A stretch of 63,721 nt of DNA, filler included, from Candidatus Omnitrophota bacterium (GTDB lineage: Bacteria; Omnitrophota; Gorgyraeia; JAGLLT01): assembly GCA_023140385.1 (NCBI GenBank). It is 6 parts of 6 records of this genome, joined end to end, with 100 filler letters (N's around TTAATTAATTAA, not from the genome) between each part and the next. Parts side by side here need not be neighbours in the genome. Positions count along the whole stretch, not along the records: positions 1 to 21,424 come from JAGLLT010000048.1; positions 21,525 to 37,513 come from JAGLLT010000050.1; 4 more parts are not named here. One strand, 5' to 3'. Below are positions 21,299 to 31,496 of the stretch, piece after piece. Both the position numbers and the translations under genes were made by a program. The notes below the pieces were generated by a model. That model saw nothing but the letters and a program-made list of their open reading frames with translations, was not told where the DNA came from and did not search any database. Positions within the stretch are counted from its first letter, which is position 1. Each line of letters begins with the position of its first letter.

Positions 21299-21424
21299 AT
21301 GGTGAAAATTAAGGATTTACAAAAAGTTCAAGGACACAGAAAAAGATTGCGCGAAAGGCTTTTACAAGGCGGTCTGGATGGCTTTTTAGATTATGAAATA
21401 GTGGAGCTTCTTTTAACTTTAGGT
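21299..21424 (+). CDS. radC: RadC/UPF0758 family protein, N-terminal fragment (absent from ORF track)
   Basis: Translates MVKIKDLQKVQGHRKRLRERLLQGGLDGFLDYEIVELLLTLG; GHRxRLRER...DYE.(L/V)ELLL is the UPF0758 N-terminus. Confidence 0.8.
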
Positions 21425-21524
21425 NNNNNNNNNNNNNNNNNNNNNNNNNNNNNNNNNNNNNNNNNNNNTTAATTAATTAANNNNNNNNNNNNNNNNNNNN
21501 NNNNNNNNNNNNNNNNNNNNNNNN
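21425..21524. other. Artificial contig spacer (also 37514-37613, 49644-49743, 54474-54573, 59279-59378)
   Basis: N-run + TTAATTAATTAA + N-run, identical five times. Confidence 0.99.
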
Positions 21525-21597
21525 TGAGCCGCGAAGGACTCGAACCTTCTACCCCATCCTTAAAAGGGATGTGCTCTACCTGATGAGCTAGCGGCCC
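21525..21597 (-). tRNA. tRNA-Lys(TTT), 3' end at contig edge
   Basis: GGGCCGC acceptor, CATCC-CT-TTT-AA-GGATG anticodon arm, GTTCGAGT T-loop. Confidence 0.93.
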
Positions 21598-21599
21598 AC

Positions 21600-22157
21600 T
21601 TATATTTCTCTTATTTCCGTCTGCTTCTTCTCTAAAATACTATCCATCTCTTTAGTATAACTATCAGTTAACTCCTGAATCTTACTATGAAATTTAAATT
21701 CATCATCTTCCGTAATATCACCGGAATTCTTAGCTTTCTTTAGCTTTTCATTGACATCTCTTCTTACGGCCCTGATAGCAACTTTCCCCTCTTCAGCCAG
21801 GGACTTAACAACCTTAACTAAACTCTCCCTTCTTTCCTGTGTCAGCTGAGGAACATTGACGCGAATTACTTTACCGTCATTATTGGGGGTCAGCCCCAGG
21901 TCAGATTTAAATATTGCCTTTTCAATGGACTCAAAAGAAGACGGGTCCCAGGGTTGAATAACAATTAGTCTGGCTTCAGGAGTAGAGATATTTGCTAATT
22001 GCTTTAGCGGAGTCTGGTTACCGTAATAATCAACCTTAAGCCCTTCCACCAGTGACTTTGATGCGCGCCCGGTATGAATGGCAGAAAACTCTCCCTGGGT
22101 AATCACCAGAGTTCTCTTCATTTTCTGCTCCGTCTCATTCATAATCCGATCAACCAT
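21600..22157 (-). CDS. frr: Ribosome recycling factor
   Basis: HTGRAS, VDYYG, IQPWD, LGLTPNNDG and LTQERR motifs. Confidence 0.96.
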   Translation of the reverse strand: MVDRIMNETEQKMKRTLVITQGEFSAIHTGRASKSLVEGLKVDYYGNQTPLKQLANISTPEARLIVIQPWDPSSFESIEKAIFKSDLGLTPNNDGKVIRVNVPQLTQERRESLVKVVKSLAEEGKVAIRAVRRDVNEKLKKAKNSGDITEDDEFKFHSKIQELTDSYTKEMDSILEKKQTEIREI

Positions 22158-22174
22158 AGTCTTCTCCTGTTTAA

Positions 22175-22900
22175 CTATTTAATAAGAGTGCCTATTTTAT
22201 CACCCATTATTACACGTCTGATATTACCTTTTTTAAGAAGATTAAAAACTATAATTGGCAGTTTATTATCCATACAAAGGCTAACCGCTGTTAGGTCCAT
22301 TACTCTTAAGCCCTTTTTTAAAAATTCCATATATGTTAACGAGTTAATCTTCCTCGCTTTCTTATTTTTTTTAGGATCATGAGTGTAAACACCATCAACC
22401 TTGGTAGCCTTCAGAATAATATCAGCATCAATTTCTATAGCTCGTAAAGCCGCGGCCGTATCGGTAGTAAAATAAGGATTACCTGTTCCTGCCGCAAAAA
22501 TCACAACTCTTTTTTTTTCAAGATGCCTTATGGCACGCCTTCTGATATACGGCTCAGCCAGCTCATTCATCTCTATGGCCGTCTGAACTCTGGTGTCCAC
22601 TCCGAGCTTTTCAAGACTATCCTGTAGTGCCAATCCATTTATTACGGTAGCCAGCATTCCCATATAATCTGCCGTTGAGCGGTCTATGCCTTCCTTTTTC
22701 GAGGCCGGAATACCGCGAAATATATTGCCGGCACCAATAACAACTGCCACATCTACTCCTAAACTCCTTACGCCCTTCACCTGTTTGGCAATGGAGATAA
22801 TACTTTCCGGATCTATACCATAACCTTTACTGCCCTGAAGCGATTCCCCGCTTAACTTAAGCAACACTCTCTTAAAAACCGGTTTCTTGCTAATCGGCAT
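22175..22900 (-). CDS. pyrH: Uridylate kinase
   Basis: [23 protein letters not shown] and [10 protein letters not shown] motifs. Confidence 0.97.
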   Translation of the reverse strand: MPISKKPVFKRVLLKLSGESLQGSKGYGIDPESIISIAKQVKGVRSLGVDVAVVIGAGNIFRGIPASKKEGIDRSTADYMGMLATVINGLALQDSLEKLGVDTRVQTAIEMNELAEPYIRRRAIRHLEKKRVVIFAAGTGNPYFTTDTAAALRAIEIDADIILKATKVDGVYTHDPKKNKKARKINSLTYMEFLKKGLRVMDLTAVSLCMDNKLPIIVFNLLKKGNIRRVIMGDKIGTLIK

Positions 22901-23495
22901 CTTTGGGAAGCCTCTCTCCTAGTTCATACCTGATAAATCTCTTTATGACAATATTCTCTCTTATCTTACCCACTATGGAATTCAAACAATCATTGATTTT
23001 AATTTTGTCATCTTTCACAAAAGGCTGCTCCAGCAAACAAACTTCTTCATAGTACTTCTGTATTTTACCGTCGACTATCTTTTCAATGATGTTCTCAGGT
23101 TTATCCTTTATCTGCGCTCTGATTATATCCCTTTCCTTCTCAATTTCCTCAGGCGAAATATCCTTCTTGCTGATATATAAGGGGTTGCTGGCTGCTACCT
23201 GTATAGCCAGATTTCTGGTAAATTCCCTAAAGTCATCGCATTTAGCCACAAAGTCAGTTTCACAGTTTACCTCAATGAGTACGCCGATTTTAGCATTGGT
23301 GTGCAGATAAATTTCTACTCTTCCCTCTTTGGCAACTCTGTCCGCCTTTTGGCGAGCCGTCAAAAGCCCTTTTTTCCTTAAAAGCACCAGGGCCTTATCT
23401 ATGTCGCCGCCGGTTTCAGTTAAAACACTTTTACATTCCATAATGCCGGCACCGGCTTTTTCCCGTAATTTTTTTATGCTTTCGGTAATTTTCAT
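22890..23495 (-). CDS. tsf: Elongation factor Ts (short form)
   Basis: [13 protein letters not shown] and [10 protein letters not shown] motifs. Confidence 0.97.
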   Translation of the reverse strand: MKITESIKKLREKAGAGIMECKSVLTETGGDIDKALVLLRKKGLLTARQKADRVAKEGRVEIYLHTNAKIGVLIEVNCETDFVAKCDDFREFTRNLAIQVAASNPLYISKKDISPEEIEKERDIIRAQIKDKPENIIEKIVDGKIQKYYEEVCLLEQPFVKDDKIKINDCLNSIVGKIRENIVIKRFIRYELGERLPKDAD

Positions 23496-23531
23496 CCTTC
23501 GTCCTTTTTAATTTTGAGTGATATGAAATAA

Positions 23532-24401
23532 TTAGCTCTTTGAAGGTGATTCTTTTTTCTCTGTTTTAGCTTTTGCGCGTTTTGGCTGGATTTTATCAGG
23601 GGCTTTTTTGCTTGGCTTCTCTTCTTTTTTGGCCTTCTGCTTCTTATCCTTCAACTCCTCTTTTACCTGTTCCTCTTCTTCCTTAAGGCGTTTGGTTTCT
23701 TCTACCTCCAAGTAATCCTGCCTACCTTCAATAATACTATCGGTAACCAGCATGGTAATAAGCTTTATAGCCCTTATAGCGTCGTCATTACCAGGAACAG
23801 GATAGTCTATTCCATCCGGATCACAGTTTGTGTCAATTAGGGCAACAACAGGAATATTCAGCTTCTCGGCTTCTTTAATAGCTATACTTTCCCTCTTGGG
23901 ATCTATAACAAATAAGGCACCGGGCAGCTTATCCATTTTAACTATACCACCTAAATTTCTGGTTAGTTTTTCAAATTCCTTAGTAATTGACGCGGTCTCT
24001 TTTTTAGAGAGCTTCTTAAGAGTGCCGTCTTCCTGCATATCTTTAATCTTATTGAAGCGTTTTACGCTTTTTCTAATAGTTTCAAAGTTGGTTAACATGC
24101 CGCCCAACCATCTATTGATTACATAAAACATACCACATCTCTGGGCCTCCTGACTGACAATACTCTGGGCCTGTTTTTTGGTACCCACAAAGAGAATGCT
24201 GTTACCGCTGGAAGCTGTCTCTTTCAGGAAATCACGGGCGCTGTTTAATAAATCCGCGGTTTTCTTGAGATCTATTATATAAACGCCGTTTCTTTCTCCG
24301 TAGATGAATTTTCCCATTTTAGGATTCCAGCGCTTGGTTTGATGGCCAAAATGCAATCCTGCTTCTAAAAATAGTTTAATTAATTCTGTAGTCACAAACA
24401 T
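23532..24401 (-). CDS. rpsB: 30S ribosomal protein S2
   Basis: [26 protein letters not shown] and DTNCDPD motifs; Lys/Glu-rich tail. Confidence 0.97.
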   Translation of the reverse strand: MFVTTELIKLFLEAGLHFGHQTKRWNPKMGKFIYGERNGVYIIDLKKTADLLNSARDFLKETASSGNSILFVGTKKQAQSIVSQEAQRCGMFYVINRWLGGMLTNFETIRKSVKRFNKIKDMQEDGTLKKLSKKETASITKEFEKLTRNLGGIVKMDKLPGALFVIDPKRESIAIKEAEKLNIPVVALIDTNCDPDGIDYPVPGNDDAIRAIKLITMLVTDSIIEGRQDYLEVEETKRLKEEEEQVKEELKDKKQKAKKEEKPSKKAPDKIQPKRAKAKTEKKESPSKS

Positions 24402-24444
24402 CCTCCTTATTTCTTACTTAGATACGAAAATATACTGGCGTATT

Positions 24445-24472
24445 ATTATAGCATAATCTTTTTACATTGCAA
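24445..24472 (-). promoter_or_regulatory. sigma70-like promoter of the rpsB operon
   Basis: TTGCAA-16 bp-TATAAT with extended -10 TG. Confidence 0.6.
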
Positions 24473-24484
24473 GCCTTTTTATCT

Positions 24485-26320
24485 CTAACTCTGAAACTGC
24501 AGATTGCACAACTTTGCATATAGACCGCCTTTTTCTATAAGCTCTTGATGAGTACCGGTTTCCGCGATCCTGCCCTCATCCAGAACGATGATGCGCGACG
24601 CGTGCTTCACAGTTGAGAGCCTGTGGGCAATAATAAATACCGTTCTTCCTTCTATCAAATGATCAAAAGCTTCCTGTACCAATCTCTCACTCTCGCTATC
24701 TAATTGTGAAGTAGCCTCATCTAATATTAATATGGGTGAGTTTTTTAATACAGCCCGGGCTATTGCCAAGCGCTGCTTTTCTCCACCGGAAAGCCTGAAG
24801 CCTCTATCCCCTACTAAAGTTAGGTACTTTTGGGGAAGTTTCTCAATAAAGCCATCAGCGTTGGCTATCCGAGCAGCTTTTTCAATCTCTTCGGAGGTCG
24901 CATTAATTTTGCCATAAGAGATATTAGCCTTCACCGTATCGTTAAAAAGCACCGTCTCCTGAGCAACAATACCTATTTGATTTCTTAGAGAGGAAAGTGA
25001 TATATCTTTTATTTTATGCCCGTCTATATAAATACAGCCGCCTGTTACATCATAAAAACGTGGGATAAGATTTACCAAGGTAGTTTTGCCGACTCCGCTC
25101 TTCCCGACAATGGCAATCACGTCTCCCATTAAGACATTCAGGTCAATATTTTTTAATACCTCATGATTATCGTATTTAAAGCGGACGTCTTTAAAAACAA
25201 TTTTATCTTTAAACCCTTCCAGCCTGACAGCATTCTTTTCATCTTTTACCGTCGGTTCTTTATCAAGAAGTTCGAAGATTCTGGTAGCCGCCGCCAGGGC
25301 TTGCTGATTTATACCATGAACCTTGCTTAATCTCTTAAAGGGTTTTATCAACTGTAAAAGGCAACCAACAAAGGCTATAAATGCTCCAGGATTGAGTTCA
25401 CCTGTAATAACCAGCTTGACCCCGATAAAAATAACAATCATCCCGGCAACAACAGCCACGTATTCAGATATGGGACTGATCGCCATCATCCTCTTTGCCG
25501 ACTTAAGCATAATTCTGAAGAAGCCCTCGTTCTCTTTTCTAAATTTTTCTTCTTCATAGGAAGCCATATCAAAAGCCTTAACAATCCTAATGCCTGAAAA
25601 AGTTTCGTACAATATAGAATTTACATCGCCCATCTTTTTTTGAGCGCTGGTGCTTATAGAGCGCAGTTTTTTGCCGAGTCGAACGACCGGATAAGCCACA
25701 GCCGGCAAAATCACCAGCATAATGAAAATTAAATAGCCCGGTATACCAAAGACCAAAATAATACTGGTAATAGCAAAAAAAAGTACTATTAGTTCAACGC
25801 TTTCAAATATTAAGTCCCTTAGTCCTTCAGCGACGGCGTTTTGCACAATACCGGCATCATAAGTAATCCTTGAGACAAGCTGTCCGGCACGTGATTTGCT
25901 ATAAAAGTCCAATGAAAGTCTGAGCAGTTTGCGGTAAATTATATTTTTTATATCTGTCACAACGCGCAGGCTTAATTTATTCATTAGGTAACTATGAAAA
26001 AAAGAGGATATTCCCTTGAGCAAAAAAGCAACCAGCATGCTTACAACTAACAGATTAAGCAGTCTAAGCGGCTCTAAGGAGTTGAGATAGCTAAATACAG
26101 CTTGCACAAAACTGCTGACAAATCCTGGCAGGTTTACTTCAGCCGGCATTTCAATCCGGCGGCCGGCTATCAAGATACTAACAAAAGGAATAATAAGCCC
26201 TATTGAAGCCACCTTATCCAGAACAGATGAACTAAGCATAAGAAAAACAGAGCTAACAAACATTCCGCGGTGCGGGCGGACAAACGAAATTAACCTTCTG
26301 TAATCATTAGACTTACGCAT
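24485..26320 (-). CDS. msbA: MsbA-like lipid A ABC flippase
   Basis: TMD plus NBD (GKSGVGKT, LSGGEKQR, ILDEAT); next to lpx genes. Confidence 0.85.
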   Translation of the reverse strand: MRKSNDYRRLISFVRPHRGMFVSSVFLMLSSSVLDKVASIGLIIPFVSILIAGRRIEMPAEVNLPGFVSSFVQAVFSYLNSLEPLRLLNLLVVSMLVAFLLKGISSFFHSYLMNKLSLRVVTDIKNIIYRKLLRLSLDFYSKSRAGQLVSRITYDAGIVQNAVAEGLRDLIFESVELIVLFFAITSIILVFGIPGYLIFIMLVILPAVAYPVVRLGKKLRSISTSAQKKMGDVNSILYETFSGIRIVKAFDMASYEEEKFRKENEGFFRIMLKSAKRMMAISPISEYVAVVAGMIVIFIGVKLVITGELNPGAFIAFVGCLLQLIKPFKRLSKVHGINQQALAAATRIFELLDKEPTVKDEKNAVRLEGFKDKIVFKDVRFKYDNHEVLKNIDLNVLMGDVIAIVGKSGVGKTTLVNLIPRFYDVTGGCIYIDGHKIKDISLSSLRNQIGIVAQETVLFNDTVKANISYGKINATSEEIEKAARIANADGFIEKLPQKYLTLVGDRGFRLSGGEKQRLAIARAVLKNSPILILDEATSQLDSESERLVQEAFDHLIEGRTVFIIAHRLSTVKHASRIIVLDEGRIAETGTHQELIEKGGLYAKLCNLQFQS

Positions 26321-26492
26321 TTTATCCTTTCATTAACATATTTACGTAAACAGTATTGTATCATAGGGCTATAAAGTTGTCGAGATAAAATTTGGCCTTA
26401 GCATAATCAATAACTTCGCCGGCGAGATAAATTTTCTTGCGCCTAAGATTATTAAGTGCTATAATTTCTTTAAACAAATCGCTGTATCTTAA

Positions 26493-27446
26493 TTGAAAAG
26501 AGATAAAAATTTGAAAAAAATAAAAACAGCTGTTATAGGCGTAGGTCATTTGGGACGCTCCCATGCCAGGATATATTCCGAGACAAAAGGCATAGAGCAA
26601 GTTGGCGTTTGTGACATACTAAAAAAACAGGCAGATGAAGTAGCCAGACAAAATAATACCCGCGCTTTTTATAATTACAGAGAGTTGTTGGGCCGGGTTG
26701 AGGCGGTAAGCATCGTGGTGCCAACCAAACTCCATTATAAAATCGCCATGGACTTTATCCGGCATAAAGTACATGTTCTTATTGAAAAGCCGATTACCGA
26801 AAACTTAAGCCAGGCTGACAAACTTTTGAAGGCCGCCAAAAAAAATAAGGTCATTCTTCAGGTAGGCCACATCGAAAGATTTAACGCCGCCGTCAAAGCT
26901 TTAAAAAAAATAATTGATAAACCTAAATTCATAGAGTGTCACCGCCTCGGCTCATATCAGCCGCGGGGAACCGATGTCGGAGTTGTCTTGGATCTGATGA
27001 TCCACGACATTGACATTATTTTGCATTTGGTAAAATCCAGGGTAAAAAGATTAGACGCGGTCGGAGTCAGCGTCTTATCCCCCCATGAAGACATCGCCAA
27101 CGCCCGTCTCCTTTTTGCCAACAAGACAGTCTGCAACATTACGGCCAGCCGAGTTTCCCGGGAGATAGTCAGAAAAATAAGGATTTTTCAGAAAAATACC
27201 TACATCTCACTCGACTATATTTCACAGGAGGCGTTAATTTACCGTAAAAAGGGAGGTAAAATAGAAAAAAAGAGCATTAATATACAAAAGCAAGAGCCAT
27301 TGAAAGCTGAAATACAATCCTTCCTAAGCTGTGTTAAAACGAAAAAAAGGCCAATTGTCTCCGGGGAAGATGCCCGGCTGGCCCTTAAAACTGCTTTTGA
27401 TATTTTACGTAAAATACACGGTACAAAAAAATGCCGAAAAAGATAG
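26493..27446 (+). CDS. Gfo/Idh/MocA oxidoreductase, probable GnnA (UDP-GlcNAc 3-dehydrogenase)
   Basis: IGVGHLG, HVLIEKP, VGHIERFN and DLMIHDID motifs; overlaps lpxB start. Start may be TTG 26511. Confidence 0.8.
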   Translation: MKRDKNLKKIKTAVIGVGHLGRSHARIYSETKGIEQVGVCDILKKQADEVARQNNTRAFYNYRELLGRVEAVSIVVPTKLHYKIAMDFIRHKVHVLIEKPITENLSQADKLLKAAKKNKVILQVGHIERFNAAVKALKKIIDKPKFIECHRLGSYQPRGTDVGVVLDLMIHDIDIILHLVKSRVKRLDAVGVSVLSPHEDIANARLLFANKTVCNITASRVSREIVRKIRIFQKNTYISLDYISQEALIYRKKGGKIEKKSINIQKQEPLKAEIQSFLSCVKTKKRPIVSGEDARLALKTAFDILRKIHGTKKCRKR

Positions 27447-28570
27447 TTATTATCGCCGGTGAATCCTCCGGCGACCTGCACGCGGCCCACCTTATTAACG
27501 CGCTAAAAGAACGATCTCATAATATTGAAATTGGCGGCCTGGGCGGCAGGTTAATGAAAAACGCCGGGGCGGAAATTTACTATGACCTAACTTCTATTGC
27601 CGTAATCGGCTTTTTGGAAGTAATTAAAAATTTAAGAAAATTTAAATATGCTTTCAAGCTCATTCTGGAAAAAATTGACCAAATTAAACCCGACGCTGTC
27701 ATATTGGTTGATTACCCGGGCTTTAACTTAAAAATAGCCAAAGAACTTAAGAAAAGAAAAATACCTATTATCTATTACATCAGCCCCCAGATCTGGGCCT
27801 GGGGTAAAAAACGCGTTAAGCTTATTGAAAATCTGATCGATCGGATGATAGTTATATTTAAATTTGAAGAAGAATTCTATAAAAAAGAAGGAATAACTGT
27901 TTTTTTTACGGGCCACCCGCTTATTGAGACCACTAAACCTTCCGATTTCAGGCAAGTGATAATCACCAATAATCATCTTGACGACTCAAGGCCGATAATT
28001 ACTCTCCTGCCGGGCTCAAGAGAAAATGAAGTACGCAAAGTTCTTCCTATTATGCTTAATACCGCCTCTCTTCTTTATAAAAAAAATAAGGACCTGCAAT
28101 TTCTGATAATCCGATCTCCCTCGATAGATGAAAAAGTTTACGGAGAAATATTAAAAGTTAATAAACTGCCGGCCAGATTGTTGGTCAATAATGTATACAA
28201 CTTGTTGTCGATTTCTGACTTTGCCCTCGTCTGCTCCGGAACAGCCACCCTGGAAGCGGCTATTTTGCAAGTACCTATGGTGGTCATTTATAAAGTAACT
28301 TTTTTAAGCTGGCTCTTTATAAAAAGTTTGATAAAAATTCCTTATATCGGGTTGGTAAATATAGCCGCGGGTAAAAAAATTGTACCTGAATTTATTCAAT
28401 ACGACACACACCCACGGGAAATTGCCGGCTTTGTCGCAAGCACCCTGGCTGATGAAAATAAGTTAGAACAAATAAAAAAAGAACTTTTCGAGGTAAAAAA
28501 ATTATTAGGAACTACTGGGGCAAGTAAGAGAGCGGCTGAATATATTATTGATTTCCTGAATGGAAATTAG
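27431..28570 (+). CDS. lpxB: Lipid-A-disaccharide synthase
   Basis: AGESSGD, DYPGFN, YISPQIWAW, GHPL, LPGSR and SGTATLE motifs. Confidence 0.96.
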   Translation: MPKKIVIIAGESSGDLHAAHLINALKERSHNIEIGGLGGRLMKNAGAEIYYDLTSIAVIGFLEVIKNLRKFKYAFKLILEKIDQIKPDAVILVDYPGFNLKIAKELKKRKIPIIYYISPQIWAWGKKRVKLIENLIDRMIVIFKFEEEFYKKEGITVFFTGHPLIETTKPSDFRQVIITNNHLDDSRPIITLLPGSRENEVRKVLPIMLNTASLLYKKNKDLQFLIIRSPSIDEKVYGEILKVNKLPARLLVNNVYNLLSISDFALVCSGTATLEAAILQVPMVVIYKVTFLSWLFIKSLIKIPYIGLVNIAAGKKIVPEFIQYDTHPREIAGFVASTLADENKLEQIKKELFEVKKLLGTTGASKRAAEYIIDFLNGN

Positions 28571-29370
28571 AAGGCAATTATCGAAATATTTAATCTATCG
28601 GCTTCTTTAAGAAACTTTTGCTTATCAATCAAAAGAGTTTTTCCCGCTTCAACGGCCAACACTTTAATTTTTGCTTTTTTAAGAACTTTTAAAGTCTTAA
28701 GGCCAATTACCGGTATATCAAAACGCATATCATGGTTGGGCCGGGAAGCCTTTACGACAATCGCTCCGCTTCCTCCCAATCTCACGGCGCGCCTGATAGC
28801 CTTATCCGTACCTTCTATAGCTTCAACTGCCAGTATAGCTTTATTTTTAACGATTATGGTCTGACCAATACCTAAACCAGCAATTTCTTTTACGATTATC
28901 TTGCCAAACTTTATGTTTTCCCACTCATCAGCGGTAGGTACTCTAGCAGTCAACTCACCCTCCTCTGCCAGACTCTCACTTAACAAAAATGATGAGTCCA
29001 GAAGCTTAATCCCTTTTTTACTAAGCTCCTCCGCGATACTTTCAAGCAGAGAATCCCCCCTCCTATCCCTAACCCTTCTCAAGAAACTTTTAAGAGCCGC
29101 ATCTTTTTTTATCCAGGGTTTAAAAAGATGAATCGGCCTTATCTGGCCGGCCATAATTGCCTCTTTTATGTTTTCTCTTTCAAAAATCTCAAATAGCTTA
29201 GCCAGTTCTCCTATTCTTATCCAGAAAATTTTTTCAACCAGCTTTTCTAAACTTTTTGACGTCTCTCCGATAAAGGCAACGGCAGTAATTTTAATACCAC
29301 GCTTTTTGGCTGAAACAGCCGCCGCAATCGGAAACCGTCCATTGCCGGCAATTAGCCCGAGACATTTCAT
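28567..29370 (-). CDS. lpxI: UDP-2,3-diacylglucosamine pyrophosphatase LpxI
   Basis: LGLIAGNG, IGQT, AVEAIEGTD and DMRFDIPVIG motifs. Confidence 0.92.
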   Translation of the reverse strand: MKCLGLIAGNGRFPIAAAVSAKKRGIKITAVAFIGETSKSLEKLVEKIFWIRIGELAKLFEIFERENIKEAIMAGQIRPIHLFKPWIKKDAALKSFLRRVRDRRGDSLLESIAEELSKKGIKLLDSSFLLSESLAEEGELTARVPTADEWENIKFGKIIVKEIAGLGIGQTIIVKNKAILAVEAIEGTDKAIRRAVRLGGSGAIVVKASRPNHDMRFDIPVIGLKTLKVLKKAKIKVLAVEAGKTLLIDKQKFLKEADRLNISIIAF

Positions 29371-30140
29371 TAACTGCAAATGCCTCTTTTTGAACTTTTT
29401 ATGAAATTTATAAGGTAGGTGATCTCCGCGGACATCTCAATCTCTTTTTCGATTTTTTTTATGGCGTGTAGAGTAGAAATTTTCGCCGTGGCAAGTAATT
29501 TAAAGGCGTTTTTTAAACTACTTCTCGCCTTTGCCTCAAACCCGGCCCTTCTTAATCCGATAATGTTCAGCCCACGCATAGTTGCCGGATGCCCGTCACA
29601 CAAAGAGTAAGGCAAAACATCCTGAACCACCTTGGAACAACCGCCAATAAAAGCAAGAGTTCCAATTCTGGTAAACTGATGAACGCCTACCAAGCCGCCC
29701 AAGATAACACTATCCTCTATAGTTACAAATCCAGCCAGCGTAGCGGCGTTGGCAATTACAATATTACTGCCCAAGCAGCAATCATGGGCTACGTGAGAAT
29801 ATGCCATAAGTAAATTACTATCGCCTATTCTGGTCTTTCCTCCTTCTTTGGTAGCAGGATTTATGGTCACGTACTCCCTGATGGTATTCCCCTTACCGAT
29901 ATCCAGAAAAGAAACTTCACCTTTATACTTTAAGTCCTGCGGCGGCGAACCGATAACCGCGCCCGTAAAAAAACGGCAGCCTTTGCCTATTGAGGTATGT
30001 CCGGTTATCAGGCAATGACTTCCTATTTCGGTTGCGGAATCAATCTTCACATTTTCTTCTATAATAGTATAGGGACCAATTATTACATCATTGGCTAATT
30101 CAGCTTTACGATGAACTAAAGCCGTTGGATGGATTTTCAT
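29370..30140 (-). CDS. lpxA: UDP-GlcNAc acyltransferase
   Basis: Hexapeptide repeats, PQDLKY, HVAHDC and VHQF motifs. Confidence 0.96.
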   Translation of the reverse strand: MKIHPTALVHRKAELANDVIIGPYTIIEENVKIDSATEIGSHCLITGHTSIGKGCRFFTGAVIGSPPQDLKYKGEVSFLDIGKGNTIREYVTINPATKEGGKTRIGDSNLLMAYSHVAHDCCLGSNIVIANAATLAGFVTIEDSVILGGLVGVHQFTRIGTLAFIGGCSKVVQDVLPYSLCDGHPATMRGLNIIGLRRAGFEAKARSSLKNAFKLLATAKISTLHAIKKIEKEIEMSAEITYLINFIKSSKRGICS

Positions 30141-30147
30141 AATGCCT

Positions 30148-31479
30148 TTACGCCTTGACTAAGCTAAACCTTAAGTCAGCTTCAGACACAAGAACGTCAT
30201 CAACCAACGCCCTGGTATGAACCTGACCGGTCTTTGATTTAATTTTTACTATATCAACCTCTAAAATCAACTGATCACCCGGAACTACCGTTTTTCTGAA
30301 CTTAACCTTTTCCATACTCATAAAATACGCGATTTTTCCGGCGCTGGAAGGCTTGCTTAAAAGGAGGACGCCGGCTACCTGAGCCATTGCCTCAACAATT
30401 AAAACTCCCGGCATAATCGGGCGTCCCGGAAAATGCCCCATAAAAAAGTAATCATTCACAGTAACATTTTTAACGCCGACTGCCCGCCTGTCTTCTTCTA
30501 ACTCAATTATTTTATCAATCAGCAAAAAAGGATATCTATGCGGTAAAATGCTGTGAATAGCATTGATATCTAAAGGAGGCGGCCCGCCCATATATGCCAA
30601 GGGGGCCTTTATGCCGGCCTCTTTGGTTTTTTTAAGGTACTTAAACAGCTTCTGAACAAACTTTATATTAAGCGAATGACCGCTCTTTATAGCAATAACA
30701 TGGCCTACCAGAGGACACCCTAAAAGATACAAGTCACCTATTAAATCGGCTATTTTATGGCGGACGAATTCGTTTTCAAACCTTAGCCGGTTATCAATAA
30801 CACCCTTTTTACCAATTACAATTGTATTTTCATAGTTGGCGCCTTTACCTAAACCCATCTTTTTTAAGGCTTCAACTTCTTCTTCCAGACAAAATGTTCT
30901 TGAAGGCGCAATTTCTTTTTCAAAAGTTTCAGGATTAATGGAAAGGTTTAAATACTGCGAACTAAGAAGAGGATTGTCATAGTTTAAAGTATAAGATATC
31001 TCAAAATTGCTGGCGGGCAAAACCACCAAAGACCTGCAGCCCTCCTGAATCCAAACGGGGGTTTTTATAGTCAAGAACTCTCTCTCCGCGTCCTGCTCCT
31101 CTACTCCCGCCTTTTTTATGACCTCCACAAAACCCTGGGCGCCTCCGTCCAAACCCGGCAACTCCTCAGCGTCCAGCTCAATTATGATATTATCAATGCC
31201 CATGCCGCACAGAGCCGACATTATATGTTCAATTGTGTGAATCTCAACGCTTCCTTCTTTTAAATTAAAACCCACGGACGTCCGCCTGAGGCGTCTTGAG
31301 GGTTCTGTTATTTTTGATATATGAGCTTTTATCAGGGGCTTTTCCTCTAAATCAACCCTGATAAAGTAAATGCCTGTATCCGCCAAAGCCGGTTTAAATT
31401 TAACGTTAACTTCTTTGCCGGTATGTATCCCTATTCCGCTGAAGGCCATTTCGCGCTGAATGGTTTTTTGTTTTTGCAT
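30148..31479 (-). CDS. lpxC: Bifunctional LpxC-FabZ
   Basis: TIEH and HKIADLIGD (LpxC) fused to LPHRYPFLL and GHFPGRPIMPGV (FabZ). Confidence 0.95.
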   Translation of the reverse strand: MQKQKTIQREMAFSGIGIHTGKEVNVKFKPALADTGIYFIRVDLEEKPLIKAHISKITEPSRRLRRTSVGFNLKEGSVEIHTIEHIMSALCGMGIDNIIIELDAEELPGLDGGAQGFVEVIKKAGVEEQDAEREFLTIKTPVWIQEGCRSLVVLPASNFEISYTLNYDNPLLSSQYLNLSINPETFEKEIAPSRTFCLEEEVEALKKMGLGKGANYENTIVIGKKGVIDNRLRFENEFVRHKIADLIGDLYLLGCPLVGHVIAIKSGHSLNIKFVQKLFKYLKKTKEAGIKAPLAYMGGPPPLDINAIHSILPHRYPFLLIDKIIELEEDRRAVGVKNVTVNDYFFMGHFPGRPIMPGVLIVEAMAQVAGVLLLSKPSSAGKIAYFMSMEKVKFRKTVVPGDQLILEVDIVKIKSKTGQVHTRALVDDVLVSEADLRFSLVKA

Positions 31480-31496
31480 AAATCCCTTCTAAAAAA

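Larger units (their letters stand above)
18996..21424. mobile_element. Integrative element at the tmRNA 3' end (truncated by contig end)
   Basis: Serine recombinase overlapping the ssrA 3' end, XRE regulator, RadC start, visibly AT-richer than the flank. Confidence 0.8.

Noticed and set aside
21425..21524. TTAATTAATTAA motif repeated five times within N-runs
   Set aside because: Artificial all-frame-stop contig linker. Gene adjacency across these spacers is not biological evidence.
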